From the NCBI GenBank assembly GCA_965195285.1, contig CBDAFS010000031.1, forward strand, positions 64,001 through 128,000: 64,000 nucleotides of DNA, in the 5' to 3' direction. The notes beneath the pieces are model-generated. The model was not told the origin of the DNA. It saw only the letters and a program-made list of their open reading frames with translations, and made no database searches. Origin of the DNA: an uncultured Aminicenantes bacterium. Its GTDB lineage: Bacteria > Acidobacteriota > Aminicenantia > UBA2199. Position 1 is the stretch's first letter, and every line of letters begins with the position of its first letter. Shown here piece after piece: positions 1 to 10,448 of the stretch. Position numbers and translations under genes: made by a program.

Positions 1-1145
1 GGGATGCCGATGGCTGATACCGCCCGGCCGAAACCGTGGCCAAAAGCAATGATGGGGCCTTTTTTCATTAGATCCTGAAATATGAAATCAGATAATGCCT
101 GGGGTGCTTCATTCCAGAACAGGGCCGAGGCCATCAGTATCAATACCAGCAGGGCCAGAACACCTTCAAAAATCATTCCACCGGCACCGATAAATTTGCC
201 GCTGCTTTCCCGGTTTAATTGTTTGGCTGTGGTTCCGGATGCTACCAGTGAATGAAACCCGGAGATGGCACCGCAGGCCACAATCACAAACAGCATGGGA
301 ATCAGGGGTGTGTTGCTGGAAATGAATACGGTATGGAATGGCCCGTTGATATTCGGATGAAGGATTATAAGCCCGGCATAACCCAGGATTAAGCCCACAA
401 AAAGAATGGTCATTGACAGATAATCCCGGGGTTGCAGCAGTACCCATACCGGTATTGAGGAAGCAATATAGGCATAAAACAAAAAAACAAAAAACCAAAG
501 GTCAAAAGAGGCCACAATTGGATAGCGGTAGCCCAGCTGGACCAGAAAGACAATGATCACCCAGGCGACCAGGGTGGCCGGAATTAAATTAATCCTGAGC
601 CTGTAAACTGCCAGTCCAAATAAGGAGGCCAGGGCAACCAATCCCAGGGTGGGAATCACAATTTCAGGTTTCTCGGCCAGTGTTTTAGCTGTGATCACCG
701 AGAAAACGGCTACAATCAGGACGAGGCTCAGCCAGACAAAGATGGAAAACATCCATTTTGCTGTTGGAGATATCACTTGACCTGAAATCTCGGTTATACT
801 GATTCCCCGATTCCGGGTCGAAACCATCAATGAAAAATAGTCGTGAATGATACCGATGAAGGCGGTACCCAGAAGTATCCACAACAGTGCTGCCCCCCAT
901 CCAAAAAGGGCGTAGGCCAGTATGGGGCCGACAATGGGCCCGGCTCCGGCAATGGAAGAAAAATGATGTCCGAACAAGAGGGGTTTCGGAGATGGTACGT
1001 AGTCTATACCGTCGTTCAGGACATGGGCCGGCGTTCTGCGGGTGTCATCCGGTTTGATGACTTTTTTATCGATTCGCTTTACATAAAACCGATAAATCAG
1101 GAAAAACCAGAGCAGTCCGGCAATCAGGATTAGGGTTGAATTCAC
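1..1145 (-). CDS. cstA: Carbon starvation protein A family transporter (runs off the window start; absent from the ORF track)
   Basis: Manual minus-strand translation from GTG at 1145, after a GGAGGA SD, gives TPAHVLNDGIDYVP, LFGHHFSSIAGAGPIVGP and ACGAISGFHSLVASGTTAKQL, which are CstA hallmark motifs. Confidence 0.93.
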   Translation of the reverse strand, partial: MNSTLILIAGLLWFFLIYRFYVKRIDKKVIKPDDTRRTPAHVLNDGIDYVPSPKPLLFGHHFSSIAGAGPIVGPILAYALFGWGAALLWILLGTAFIGIIHDYFSLMVSTRNRGISITEISGQVISPTAKWMFSIFVWLSLVLIVAVFSVITAKTLAEKPEIVIPTLGLVALASLFGLAVYRLRINLIPATLVAWVIIVFLVQLGYRYPIVASFDLWFFVFLFYAYIASSIPVWVLLQPRDYLSMTILFVGLILGYAGLIILHPNINGPFHTVFISSNTPLIPMLFVIVACGAISGFHSLVASGTTAKQLNRESSGKFIGAGGMIFEGVLALLVLILMASALFWNEAPQALSDFIFQDLMKKGPIIAFGHGFGRAVSAIGI

Positions 1146-1314
1146 GAATTTCCTCCTTATTGTATCATTATAAATTGATGCTTCCCGGTTTTCAATATTG
1201 AATTTATATTTATTTTATATTGCTTTCCATATTAGAATTTGGTATCTTAGTATCCTGACACAGATCAGAAGACTGAGATTTCTTTTTTTCAACAGTGTTC
1301 CGAGGAGGATTTGA

Positions 1315-1920
1315 ATGGTTACCAAGAAAGCGACCAATGTGGTCTGGCATGAGCATAAGGTTAAACCTCAGGATCGGGAAACCTTACTGGATCAAAAGGG
1401 TGTGGTGTTGTGGTTTACCGGGTTGCCTTCCAGTGGGAAATCCACCATTGCCAATGAAGTTGCCTTCCAGCTCCATAAGCTGGGGAAATTTTCCTATGTC
1501 CTGGATGGTGATAATATCCGGCATGGTTTGAATAAAGATCTTGGTTTTTCACCGGAAGACAGAGAAGAAAATATCCGCCGTATTTCCGAGGTGGCTCACC
1601 TGTTTGCGGATTCCGGAGCCATTGCCATTACCGCTTTTGTCTCACCTTACCGCAAAGACCGTGATTTCTGCCGCCAATTATTGGGGGGGGATCGTTTTTT
1701 TGAAATTCTGGTGAAAGCGGATCTGAAAACCTGTGAGAAGCGAGATCCCAAGGGAATGTATAAGAGAGCCATCAAAGGGGAAATCAAAGAATTTACCGGG
1801 ATTTCCGCTCCCTATGAAGAACCGTTGCATCCGGAAATCGTACTGGATACAGATTCCCTGAGTATTGAAGAAGAAACCGAAATGGTGATTGACCATCTTC
1901 GAAAAAAAGGAATCATTTAA
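1315..1920 (+). CDS. cysC: Adenylyl-sulfate (APS) kinase
   Basis: WFTGLPSSGKST P-loop, LDGDNIRHGL, DREENIRR, RDPKGMY and FTGISAPYEEP motifs. Confidence 0.97.
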   Translation: MVTKKATNVVWHEHKVKPQDRETLLDQKGVVLWFTGLPSSGKSTIANEVAFQLHKLGKFSYVLDGDNIRHGLNKDLGFSPEDREENIRRISEVAHLFADSGAIAITAFVSPYRKDRDFCRQLLGGDRFFEILVKADLKTCEKRDPKGMYKRAIKGEIKEFTGISAPYEEPLHPEIVLDTDSLSIEEETEMVIDHLRKKGII

Positions 1921-1988
1921 ATGGCTTGTTTTTCCGTATGTCAAACTGATTTTTTTTAATGTGAATAAAAAAAAACAGGAGAACCAAA

Positions 1989-3245
1989 ATGAAAAAATTT
2001 AAAAAACGGGCATTTTTTGTCGCTTTTTTCTCAGCTTTTTTGCTGGTTTTTTATGTAGCTATCAATGCAGTTCCTGCTCAAGATGAGAAAGATATAATAC
2101 AGAGAGTCAGGGCCGCCATTGTTGCCCGGGGTGCTGACTGGCAGGCCGGGGAAACTTCTATGACCGCGCTCTCGAAAGAGGAAAGGCAGAAGCGGCTGGG
2201 GGCCTTAATCCCGGAAATTGAAAACCCCAAAAAAATGATTTATTCTGGTCCTCTGGTTTCAACCCCGGTAAAGATGGATTGGCGGAACCAGCTGGGAGAA
2301 AATTTCATCAGTTCGGTAAAAAACCAGGCCAGCTGTGGCAGCTGCTGGGCATTTGCCATCGTAGCGGTCATGGAAGCCATGTACAACATTGAAAATTCCA
2401 CTCCCTACGGGCAGGGCAATTTTGTCTCCCAGAATTTTGAACTGGATCTTTCCGAGCAGTTCCTGGTTTCCTGTTCCGATGCCGGTGATTGTCAGGGGGG
2501 GTATCCCGATGAGGCTGCCGATTATATTAAGAGAAATGGTATTGCCAAGGAAGAGTTTTTACCCTATGCGGCTGCCGATGCTCCCTGTAATCCTGCCCCG
2601 GACTGGATCAATCAGATATACTCAATTGAAGACTGGGGATTTGTCACCCAGGGAATCGAAGATCGGGAAGCCATCTACAATGCCCTTCAAAATGGGCCGA
2701 TTTCTCTTTATATGGTTATCTACACTGATTTTTACAGCTATCAATCCGGAATATACGAACATACATTCGGTGAAGTTGAAGGCGGTCATGCCATACTGCT
2801 GGTGGGATATGATAAGGGTGGTAACTACTGGATTTGCAAGAATTCCTGGGGTGAGAACTGGGGAGAAAACGGATATTTTAAAATCAAGATGGGTCAATGC
2901 CAATCAGGAACCTGGATGGTTGCAGCCTGGGGAGTTATCCCCCCTTCATTTTATCCTCCGGCCAATGTAGCCGGTAGCAAGGTTGAAAATAAATCACTGC
3001 TTCTTAGTGAATATGGAAATTTGATTATTTGGGAACCCAATCCCATGAACACCGGGATCAATGTCACCAAGTACAGGATTTATGAACAGCAATATGGTCA
3101 CTGGATCCAGTTGGGCGAAGTGGATGCCAGTGAATTTGAATACTTTCACCGGAACATTGACCAGTATATGCAGCAGGAATATGCAGTCACAGCTATTTCT
3201 GATAACAACCAGGAAAGTTGTGCCGGATTTATCACCGTATTTTAA
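1989..3245 (+). CDS. Secreted papain-family (C1A) cysteine protease with C-terminal Fn3-like domain
   Basis: Signal peptide; QASCGSCWAF (Gln and catalytic Cys), GGHAILLVGY (His), WICKNSWG (Asn); about 95-aa beta-rich tail. Confidence 0.92.
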   Translation: MKKFKKRAFFVAFFSAFLLVFYVAINAVPAQDEKDIIQRVRAAIVARGADWQAGETSMTALSKEERQKRLGALIPEIENPKKMIYSGPLVSTPVKMDWRNQLGENFISSVKNQASCGSCWAFAIVAVMEAMYNIENSTPYGQGNFVSQNFELDLSEQFLVSCSDAGDCQGGYPDEAADYIKRNGIAKEEFLPYAAADAPCNPAPDWINQIYSIEDWGFVTQGIEDREAIYNALQNGPISLYMVIYTDFYSYQSGIYEHTFGEVEGGHAILLVGYDKGGNYWICKNSWGENWGENGYFKIKMGQCQSGTWMVAAWGVIPPSFYPPANVAGSKVENKSLLLSEYGNLIIWEPNPMNTGINVTKYRIYEQQYGHWIQLGEVDASEFEYFHRNIDQYMQQEYAVTAISDNNQESCAGFITVF

Positions 3246-3292
3246 TACGGTTGATATAAATTTGGCCCCGCCTGGATCAGTGGGGATAGCGT

Positions 3293-4357
3293 ATGAGTGA
3301 GCCTGTTTATTTTATCAAAGTTGTTCATTCCGAAGAAGATTTGATTATCTCAAAAAAGATTCAAGAATTGATTCTAAAGCAAAATCTACTTTCATTTATA
3401 GAACCCAGGGATTTTGTGGCTATAAAAACCCATTTTGGCGAGGAGGGTACTCAGGGTTATGTGCGTCCATTGCATTTCAAGATGCTGGGCAAATTACTTA
3501 AAGATATCGGGGCTTTTCCCTTTTTAACCGAAACGTCAACCCTGTACCGGGGAAGACGCTCCAATGCCATTGAGCATATTCAACTGGCCTTTGAGCATGG
3601 TTTTTCAGTCCGGGAAACCGGACTGCCCATTATCATGTCCGACGGGTTATTGGGTGATGACGAGGTAGAAATTAATATAAATGCCAGAATATATCAGAAA
3701 GTGGGGATTGCCAAATTACTGGAGAAATCACAATCTATGGTTCTGGTATCTCACTTTACCGGCCATATGTTATCCGGTTTCGGGGCAGCGCTGAAAAATC
3801 TGGGTATGGGTTGTGCCAGCCGAAAAGGCAAGTTGATCCAGCACTCTACAGCCAAACCCTCCATCAAAACATCAAAGTGCACGGGATGCGGAGAATGTAT
3901 GAAGTGGTGTCCGGCCGATGCCATTACAGTGGTGGACGGAATTGCCCGGATTGACCGGAATGCTTGTATCGGCTGCGGGGAGTGTCTGGCCATATGCCGG
4001 TTTGATGCGGTGGGATATAACTGGTTGGAAACCCATGAAAATCTTCAAAAAAAAATGGTCGAGCATGCCCTGGGAGTCATGAAGTCCAAAAGGGGAAAGA
4101 TCATCTGTATCAATTTCCTGACCCGTATCACCAAGGATTGTGACTGCATGAGGGGGTATAACCGGATTGCGCCGGACATAGGGGTTTTGCTCTCCCATGA
4201 TCCGGTGGCTGTAGATGCCGCTTCTGTTGACCTGATTGAGAGAACCGTGGGGAAAAAATGGTCCCAGCTGACTTTTGATATTCCCAACCGGGTTCAGATC
4301 GAATACGCTGCCGAAATCGGCCTGGGCAACCCCGATTACCAACTGATGGAAATGTAG
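3293..4357 (+). CDS. DUF362-domain protein with 2x[4Fe-4S] ferredoxin insert
   Basis: VAIKTHFGE, SHFTGH and GAALKNLGMGC motifs; two CxxCxxCxxxC motifs; ITKDCDC and DPVAVD. Confidence 0.88.
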   Translation: MSEPVYFIKVVHSEEDLIISKKIQELILKQNLLSFIEPRDFVAIKTHFGEEGTQGYVRPLHFKMLGKLLKDIGAFPFLTETSTLYRGRRSNAIEHIQLAFEHGFSVRETGLPIIMSDGLLGDDEVEININARIYQKVGIAKLLEKSQSMVLVSHFTGHMLSGFGAALKNLGMGCASRKGKLIQHSTAKPSIKTSKCTGCGECMKWCPADAITVVDGIARIDRNACIGCGECLAICRFDAVGYNWLETHENLQKKMVEHALGVMKSKRGKIICINFLTRITKDCDCMRGYNRIAPDIGVLLSHDPVAVDAASVDLIERTVGKKWSQLTFDIPNRVQIEYAAEIGLGNPDYQLMEM

Positions 4358-4364
4358 ATCAAAA

Positions 4365-5831
4365 TCAATCCAATCGGTAATTGGGGGATTCTTCGGTGAT
4401 GATCACATCGTGAACATGGCTTTCCTTTAAAGATGCACCGGTCACCTTTATAAATTTGGCTTTCTTTCTCAATTCCTCGATATTTTTACACCCGGTCAAA
4501 CCCATTCCGGATTTTACCCCGCCCATCAGAAGCGGAACCAGCTGCATCACGCTTCCGCGATGGGGGACCCGACCCTCGATTCCTTCGGGGACCAGTTTGG
4601 ATTCCAAGATCTCATCATCCTGAAAGTACCGATCCTTGCTTCCGGCCTTCATGGCCGCAATTGAACCCATCCCCCGGTATTTTTTATAGGATCGGCCCTG
4701 ATAAATAATCAGTTCTCCGGGGCTTTCATCGGTTCCGGCCAGCAGGGAACCGATCATCACGCAATTGGCTCCGGCGGCAATGGCCTTGGTGATATCCCCC
4801 GAGAATTTGATCCCGCCATCGGCAATGATGGGAACTTTATCCTTAACGGTTTTGGCCACTTCCATGATGGCGGTAATTTGAGGCATCCCGGCTCCGGAAA
4901 TGATTCGGGTGGTACAGATCGATCCGGGCCCTACGCCAACCTTGATGGCATTCACACCCCGGTCAAGCAGATCGGCTGCAGCCCCGGATGTGGCGATATT
5001 TCCGGCAATGATATCAATGGTCGGGGATTTTCCTCTGATCATTTCAATGGTTTTGAGCACTTTTTTTGAGTGTCCGTGAGAGGTGTCAACCGCAATGACA
5101 TCAACCTTTTCATTGACCAGGGCCTGAACCCGCTCCAGGGTGTCATCCGCTGTTCCCACGGCTGCTCCCACTAAAAGCCTTCCGTATTTATCTTTGGAAG
5201 CGGTGGGAAATAATTCTGATTTCATGATATCTTTCAGGGTAATCAATCCTTTGAGTTTGTTTCGCTCATTTACAACCGGCAGTTTTTCGATCTTATTCAT
5301 GTGAAGCAATTTTTTGGCCTCATCGATGTTGATATCTTCCTGAACCGTAATGAGATTTTTGGCAGTCATGAAGTTTTTTATTTGCTGGTTTTTATCCGTG
5401 ATGAAGCGGATATCGCGGTTGGTCAGAATTCCGACCAGTATCCCCTGATCATCGACAATGGGAAGGCCGGAAAATCCCTTTTCTTTAATCAGCTGGATGG
5501 CTTCATATATTTTATTATGAGGCTTGAGGGTAATGGGATTTACAATGATTCCCGACTCGGATCGTTTTACTTTTTTAACTTCTTCGGCCTGCTGCTGGAT
5601 GGAATAATTCTTATGAATGATGGATATCCCCCCCAGTTGGGCCATGGCAATCGCCATACTGGATTCCGATACTGTATCCATTGCCGCCGAAACCACGGGG
5701 ATTTTCAAGTTTAGATTTGAAGTAAACCGGGCTGATGTATCGACTTTCTTGGGCAGGGCCTCCGAGTAATCCGGTACCAGCAGCACATCATCAAAGGTCA
5801 GTCCTTCATATTCAGAGAATTTGTTTTCCAT
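4365..5831 (-). CDS. guaB: IMP dehydrogenase (with CBS pair)
   Basis: [26 protein letters not shown] (catalytic Cys), IIADGGI, YRGMGS. Confidence 0.98.
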   Translation of the reverse strand: MENKFSEYEGLTFDDVLLVPDYSEALPKKVDTSARFTSNLNLKIPVVSAAMDTVSESSMAIAMAQLGGISIIHKNYSIQQQAEEVKKVKRSESGIIVNPITLKPHNKIYEAIQLIKEKGFSGLPIVDDQGILVGILTNRDIRFITDKNQQIKNFMTAKNLITVQEDINIDEAKKLLHMNKIEKLPVVNERNKLKGLITLKDIMKSELFPTASKDKYGRLLVGAAVGTADDTLERVQALVNEKVDVIAVDTSHGHSKKVLKTIEMIRGKSPTIDIIAGNIATSGAAADLLDRGVNAIKVGVGPGSICTTRIISGAGMPQITAIMEVAKTVKDKVPIIADGGIKFSGDITKAIAAGANCVMIGSLLAGTDESPGELIIYQGRSYKKYRGMGSIAAMKAGSKDRYFQDDEILESKLVPEGIEGRVPHRGSVMQLVPLLMGGVKSGMGLTGCKNIEELRKKAKFIKVTGASLKESHVHDVIITEESPNYRLD

Positions 5832-8420
5832 TTATCTCCTTCTTTTCTTCTTTTTTTTGCGCCTTTTGCTGGGCATCTTGGATGATGGCCGGGATAGTTT
5901 GGCCTTTTTCCTCTGCTTCCATTCCTCTATTTCTTCTTCCTCAACCGGGTGAAACAGAAATAAGAATTTTATCGCTTCATCATCAATGCGGGTCTGCAAT
6001 TCCTCGAATAAGCGAAAACTCTCTTTTTTGTATTCAATCAACGGATCCTTTTGGGCATAACCCCTCAATCCGATCCCTTCCTTGAGATGATCGATGTTCA
6101 GCAGGTGGTCTTTCCACTGCGAATCAATGATTTGAAGCATGATCATTCTTTCCAGTTCCCGCATCTGTTCCGAGCTGATGAGATCTTCTTTTTCCCGGTA
6201 CATGTTTTTCAGGTGTTTGAGTACGGTATCCCGGATTTCGATCTGGGGTAGGTTTTGGTAGTCTTCTTTAATGACTTCATTTACATTGAGACCAAACTGA
6301 GACATGATTTCTTTTTGAAATGATTCATAATCCCAGTCCTCCGGATCCTTATTTTCATCCAGGTTGTACTTCAGGATATCATCGAATATCTCTTCGGTTA
6401 AGGTTTCGATATGCTCCTTGAAATCTTTGCCTATCAGAATGTCCTTGCGCAGGGAGTAAATGGCCTGACGCTGCTTGTTCATCACATCATCATATTCCAG
6501 AAGGTGCTTTCGGATAGAAAAGTTTTGACTTTCAATTTGCTTCTGGGCATTCTCAATGGCTCTCGAAACCAGGCTGTTTTCAATGGGGACACCGTTGCTC
6601 ATTCCCGCCCTGACCAGCAGACCCTTGATTCGGTCGGTTCCCAGGATTTTCATCAGGTCGTCTTCCAGGGAAATATAAAATCTCGATGAACCCGGATCTC
6701 CCTGTCGGCCGGATCTCCCTCGCAATTGATTGTCGATTCGTCTGGCCTCATGTCTCTCGGTTCCCAGGATATGTACACCTCCCAATTGGATAACTGCTTC
6801 ATGTTCTTTTTTGACCTGATCCTGGATTTCCTTCTCCAACTGTTCTTTGATCACTTCGGGAGCGGTGTCAACGGAATAGTTCTTTTTCTTTAACGCTTCA
6901 CGAAAAAGGGCTTCTGGATTACCTCCCAGCAGTATATCGGTTCCCCGCCCCGCCATATTGGTGGCCAGGGTAACCGAACCGATTCTTCCGGCCTGGGCAA
7001 CGATTTCCGCTTCGCTTTCATGGTATTTGGCATTCAGGACCACATGGGGGATCTTTTGCCGCCTCAATTTTCTGCTCAATAATTCGGAGTTTTCGATGGA
7101 AATAGTTCCCACCAGTACAGGCTGCCCCTTTTGGTTGAGCTCTCTGATCTCATTGACAACCGCTTCCCACTTTTCCTCTTTGCTGCCGTAAATGACATCA
7201 GGGTATCCCGTTCTGATCAGGGTTTGATTGGTGGGAATTTCAATACTATCGAGATTGTATATGGAGGCGAATTCGGCTGCTTCTGTCATGGCCGTGCCGG
7301 TCATACCCGCCATTTTTTCATACATCCGGAAGTAGTTTTGAAAGGTAATGGAGGCCAGGGTTTGATATTCCTTTTCTATTTTTACATTTTCCTTGGCTTC
7401 CAGGGCCTGGTGAAGACCATCGGAATACCTTCTTCCCGGCATCACCCTTCCGGTAAACTCATCGACGATCAGCACCTGCCCCTCTTTCAGGAGATAGTCC
7501 ACATCGCCTCGGAAGAGCAGATGGGCCTTGAGGGCCTGGAAGATCTGATGGAGGGTGTCCATATTGGACAGGTCATAGAGATTTTCTATTTTAAAAAATC
7601 TTTCCGCTTCCTCGATTCCTTTTTCGGTGAGCACCACAGTCCTGGATTTTTCATCCAGTTCATAATTGGTAGGGTCACTTTTAGCCCGCTTTACAAAGTC
7701 ATTAACCGTATAGTAAAAGGAAGTGGATTCCTCTGTAGCCCCGGAGATGATCAACGGGGTTCTGGCTTCGTCAATGAGAATGGAGTCAACCTCATCAACA
7801 ATGGCGAAGTTGAATTCCCTCTGTACCAGGGAATCGACCTCGAATTTCATATTATCCCTCAGGAAATCGAAGCCGAATTCATTATTGGTCCCGTAGGTGA
7901 TATCACAACCATAGGCCTGTTTTCTCAGCGTTTCATCCATGTCGTGCTGGAGGGTGCCCACGGTTAAGCCTAAAAATTTATATATCCCGCCCATCCATTC
8001 GGTATCCCGCTTGGCCAGGTAATCATTGACGGTTACAATGTGTACGCCTTTTCCTTCCAGGGCATTCAGGTAGGAGGACAGGGTGGCCACCAGGGTTTTA
8101 CCCTCTCCGGTTTTCATTTCGGAAATTTTACCCTGGTGCAGAACAATGCCTCCCATGAGTTGAACATCGAAATGCCTCATGTTCAGCACCCTTTTCCCGA
8201 CTTCTCTGACCACGGCAAAGGCCTCGATCAGGAGGTCATCCAGAGACTCACCGTTTGATATCCGCTCTCTGAAGGTGTCGGTGTATGCCTTTAACTCCTC
8301 ATCGGTATGGGATTTCATCTTGGCTTCCAGATCATTGATGGCTTCGATGGTTGGAATTATCTTTTTCAACTCCCGTTCGTTCCGGGTTCCGAAAATTTTA
8401 TTAGCCAGATATTTGATCAT
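5832..8420 (-). CDS. secA: Preprotein translocase ATPase SecA
   Basis: EMKTGEGKT Walker A, DEVDSILIDEARTPLIIS, TNMAGRGTDI, QLRGRSGRQGDPG. Confidence 0.99.
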   Translation of the reverse strand: MIKYLANKIFGTRNERELKKIIPTIEAINDLEAKMKSHTDEELKAYTDTFRERISNGESLDDLLIEAFAVVREVGKRVLNMRHFDVQLMGGIVLHQGKISEMKTGEGKTLVATLSSYLNALEGKGVHIVTVNDYLAKRDTEWMGGIYKFLGLTVGTLQHDMDETLRKQAYGCDITYGTNNEFGFDFLRDNMKFEVDSLVQREFNFAIVDEVDSILIDEARTPLIISGATEESTSFYYTVNDFVKRAKSDPTNYELDEKSRTVVLTEKGIEEAERFFKIENLYDLSNMDTLHQIFQALKAHLLFRGDVDYLLKEGQVLIVDEFTGRVMPGRRYSDGLHQALEAKENVKIEKEYQTLASITFQNYFRMYEKMAGMTGTAMTEAAEFASIYNLDSIEIPTNQTLIRTGYPDVIYGSKEEKWEAVVNEIRELNQKGQPVLVGTISIENSELLSRKLRRQKIPHVVLNAKYHESEAEIVAQAGRIGSVTLATNMAGRGTDILLGGNPEALFREALKKKNYSVDTAPEVIKEQLEKEIQDQVKKEHEAVIQLGGVHILGTERHEARRIDNQLRGRSGRQGDPGSSRFYISLEDDLMKILGTDRIKGLLVRAGMSNGVPIENSLVSRAIENAQKQIESQNFSIRKHLLEYDDVMNKQRQAIYSLRKDILIGKDFKEHIETLTEEIFDDILKYNLDENKDPEDWDYESFQKEIMSQFGLNVNEVIKEDYQNLPQIEIRDTVLKHLKNMYREKEDLISSEQMRELERMIMLQIIDSQWKDHLLNIDHLKEGIGLRGYAQKDPLIEYKKESFRLFEELQTRIDDEAIKFLFLFHPVEEEEIEEWKQRKKAKLSRPSSKMPSKRRKKKKKRRR

Positions 8421-8536
8421 ATTGGATTTATTATATCAGAAATGGATAACCATTCAAAATAGTAGGCGCACAATGTAATTCTACATATCAAACATTCCCA
8501 AAATCCAATACATAAAATTGAGAATCTCTAATTAGT

Positions 8537-8606
8537 GGGCAACCGAAAGGGATTGCCCCTACAGAATTTTGATTATATTTTGTAGGGGTAAGGCTTGCCC
8601 TTACCC
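8537..8606. repeat. Inverted pair of GTAG-type REP-like palindromes
   Basis: Minus strand TGTAGGGGCAATCCCTTTCGGTTGCCC (8537-8563) and plus strand TGTAGGGGTAAGGCTTGCCCTTACCC (8581-8606). Each is GTAG followed by an imperfect hairpin; both are intergenic. Confidence 0.65.
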
Positions 8607-8681
8607 AAATTTTCAAATAAGGTGATGGGTTTTTGGGTTCTTATTTGCATTGTTTCTCTTTTTATTTTAAAATTTCCAAAG

Positions 8682-10049
8682 ATGAGAGTTATTAGGAAAG
8701 TTTTGAGGGGAGATGATTTATTTTTATCATTTCTTTTAAAACTTATTTTTATATTTTTTTTTACGGTTATTTTGGTTTCCGACTTTTCAGGAAATTCTCC
8801 TTCAATTATGAAATCCAAATCATTCGGGGATAAGCCATTTATTCTCACCGAGATGTTGTCTATGGTTGAGGTTCATTTGCAGGTGAAAAGATCAATTGTT
8901 AAAGTCGAAAAAGCGGTTCAAAAGGGCGATACCATTATCAAAATATTGGAACGGGAGGGGATCGAGTATGGTGAGGCCTTCAGATTTTTTTTGGATGTCA
9001 AAGATATATATGACCTGAAAAAAATCCGCCAAGGCCAAAAGTATTCACTGGTCTTCCAGGAAGGGCAACTGAAAACTTTTTTATATGAAATTGATTCCCA
9101 TCGATATGTAAAGGTGATCAGTGATAAGAACCGGAAGTTCATCGGCTGTATCGAACGGATTTCCTACCGGATAGAAAGAAAAATAATCCGGGGTATTATC
9201 GAAAATTCGCTTTATCTGAGCATTTTAAAACAGGGAGAGAGGGCCGACCTGGCAGATTTACTGGCTTCCCTGTTTGAATATGACATTGATTTTAACCGGG
9301 ATATCCGTCAGGGAGATACGTTCACCGTTCTGGTTGAGAAGCGGTACCAGGGAAGCGAGTTTAACCATTATGGTCCCATCCTGGCCGCCCGGTTTTCCAA
9401 CCGAGATAGAATAATTCATGTTCTGCGTTACACCGATCCGCAGGGGAAAACCGCCTATTACCATCCGGATGGACGGGCAGTACAAAAAATGTTTTTGAGA
9501 TGTCCCCTTCCCTTTATGCGGGTGACTTCAAGATATGGGATCAGGCGACATCCGGTATTAGGATTTTCCGCCCGACACAACGGGGTTGACCTGGCTGCAC
9601 CGCCGGGCACCTTGATACGGTCCACTTCCAGCGGAGTTGTTTTAAAAACCGGGTATGACCGAATAAAGGGTCGTTATGTTATCATTCGCCATCCCAACCG
9701 CTATGCGACTCATTATTATCATTTGAACCGCATCAAAACCGGGATCAGACACGGAGTTTCAGTAATCCAGGGTCAAATCATTGGCTATGTGGGAAGAACC
9801 GGACGGGTAACCGGCTGGCACCTCCATTACGGGATTCGTAAGAATGGCCGGTTTATAAACCCGCTCAATTTGAAATCCCCCAGTAAGAATCCGGTCAAAG
9901 AAACATTCAGGCAGAGTTTCGAGCAATACGCCGCCGCCATGGTGTTTCTCTTATCCGGGAGCCGGATCCTGGATATTCCGGCCCGGCTTCAGGAGGTTTT
10001 GCTGGGACCCACAGAAAATAATACGGTTCAGCCAACCGTTCCTTATTAA
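8682..10049 (+). CDS. M23 family peptidoglycan DD-metalloendopeptidase (MepM/Csd-like)
   Basis: HNGVDL (HxxxD), YYHL and HLH zinc motifs; N-terminal TM anchor. Start moved from TTG 8595 to the in-frame ATG 8682, which follows a -35/-10 promoter. Confidence 0.9.
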   Translation: MRVIRKVLRGDDLFLSFLLKLIFIFFFTVILVSDFSGNSPSIMKSKSFGDKPFILTEMLSMVEVHLQVKRSIVKVEKAVQKGDTIIKILEREGIEYGEAFRFFLDVKDIYDLKKIRQGQKYSLVFQEGQLKTFLYEIDSHRYVKVISDKNRKFIGCIERISYRIERKIIRGIIENSLYLSILKQGERADLADLLASLFEYDIDFNRDIRQGDTFTVLVEKRYQGSEFNHYGPILAARFSNRDRIIHVLRYTDPQGKTAYYHPDGRAVQKMFLRCPLPFMRVTSRYGIRRHPVLGFSARHNGVDLAAPPGTLIRSTSSGVVLKTGYDRIKGRYVIIRHPNRYATHYYHLNRIKTGIRHGVSVIQGQIIGYVGRTGRVTGWHLHYGIRKNGRFINPLNLKSPSKNPVKETFRQSFEQYAAAMVFLLSGSRILDIPARLQEVLLGPTENNTVQPTVPY

Positions 10050-10110
10050 AGTAATTCAAATTTTCAGAACCGAGCTCGAAGTGCGTGATGACCCCTTTTA
10101 GATTATTAGA

Positions 10111-10139
10111 TTGAATTTTATAAATAATGATATTATAAT
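10111..10139 (+). promoter_or_regulatory. Sigma70-type promoter of the brnTA operon
   Basis: TTGAAT-N17-TATAAT, followed by the palindrome ATTATATAAT (10141-10150), a possible antitoxin operator. Confidence 0.6.
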
Positions 10140-10151
10140 TATTATATAATT

Positions 10152-10448
10152 ATGAAAAAGTCTATCCGGTTCTTATGGGACAAGAGGAAAAATGCCTCAA
10201 ATAAGAAGAAGCACGGAATTTCTTTTGAAGAGGCAGAAACGGTGTTCTATGATGAGAATGCGAGGCTTATCCATGATCCGGATCATTCTGATGATGAGGA
10301 CAGATTTATTTTGTTAGGTATAAGCTTTAAATTAAATATACTGGTTGTTGTTCATTGCTATAAAAGGGATGATGAGATTATAAGGATCATATCAGCAAGA
10401 AGGGCGACCAAAAATGAAAGTAAACAATACGGGGAGTATTTAAAATGA
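10152..10448 (+). CDS. brnT: BrnT family type II toxin
   Basis: WDKRKNASNKKKHGISFEEA, EDRFILLG and IRIISARRAT signature. Confidence 0.95.
   Translation: MKKSIRFLWDKRKNASNKKKHGISFEEAETVFYDENARLIHDPDHSDDEDRFILLGISFKLNILVVVHCYKRDDEIIRIISARRATKNESKQYGEYLK

Noticed and set aside
166-1133. Short ORFs 166-498, 685-900 and 843-1133
   Set aside because: They overlap the cstA frame, which the track missed because it runs off the window.
7131-7967. 278-aa plus-strand ORF and the many other antisense or alternate-frame ORFs in the track
   Set aside because: Shadows of well-supported genes (here secA) with no motifs or SD.
8595-8681. N-terminal extension of the M23 ORF from TTG 8595
   Set aside because: It starts inside the REP-like hairpin and spans the predicted promoter; ATG 8682 is more plausible.
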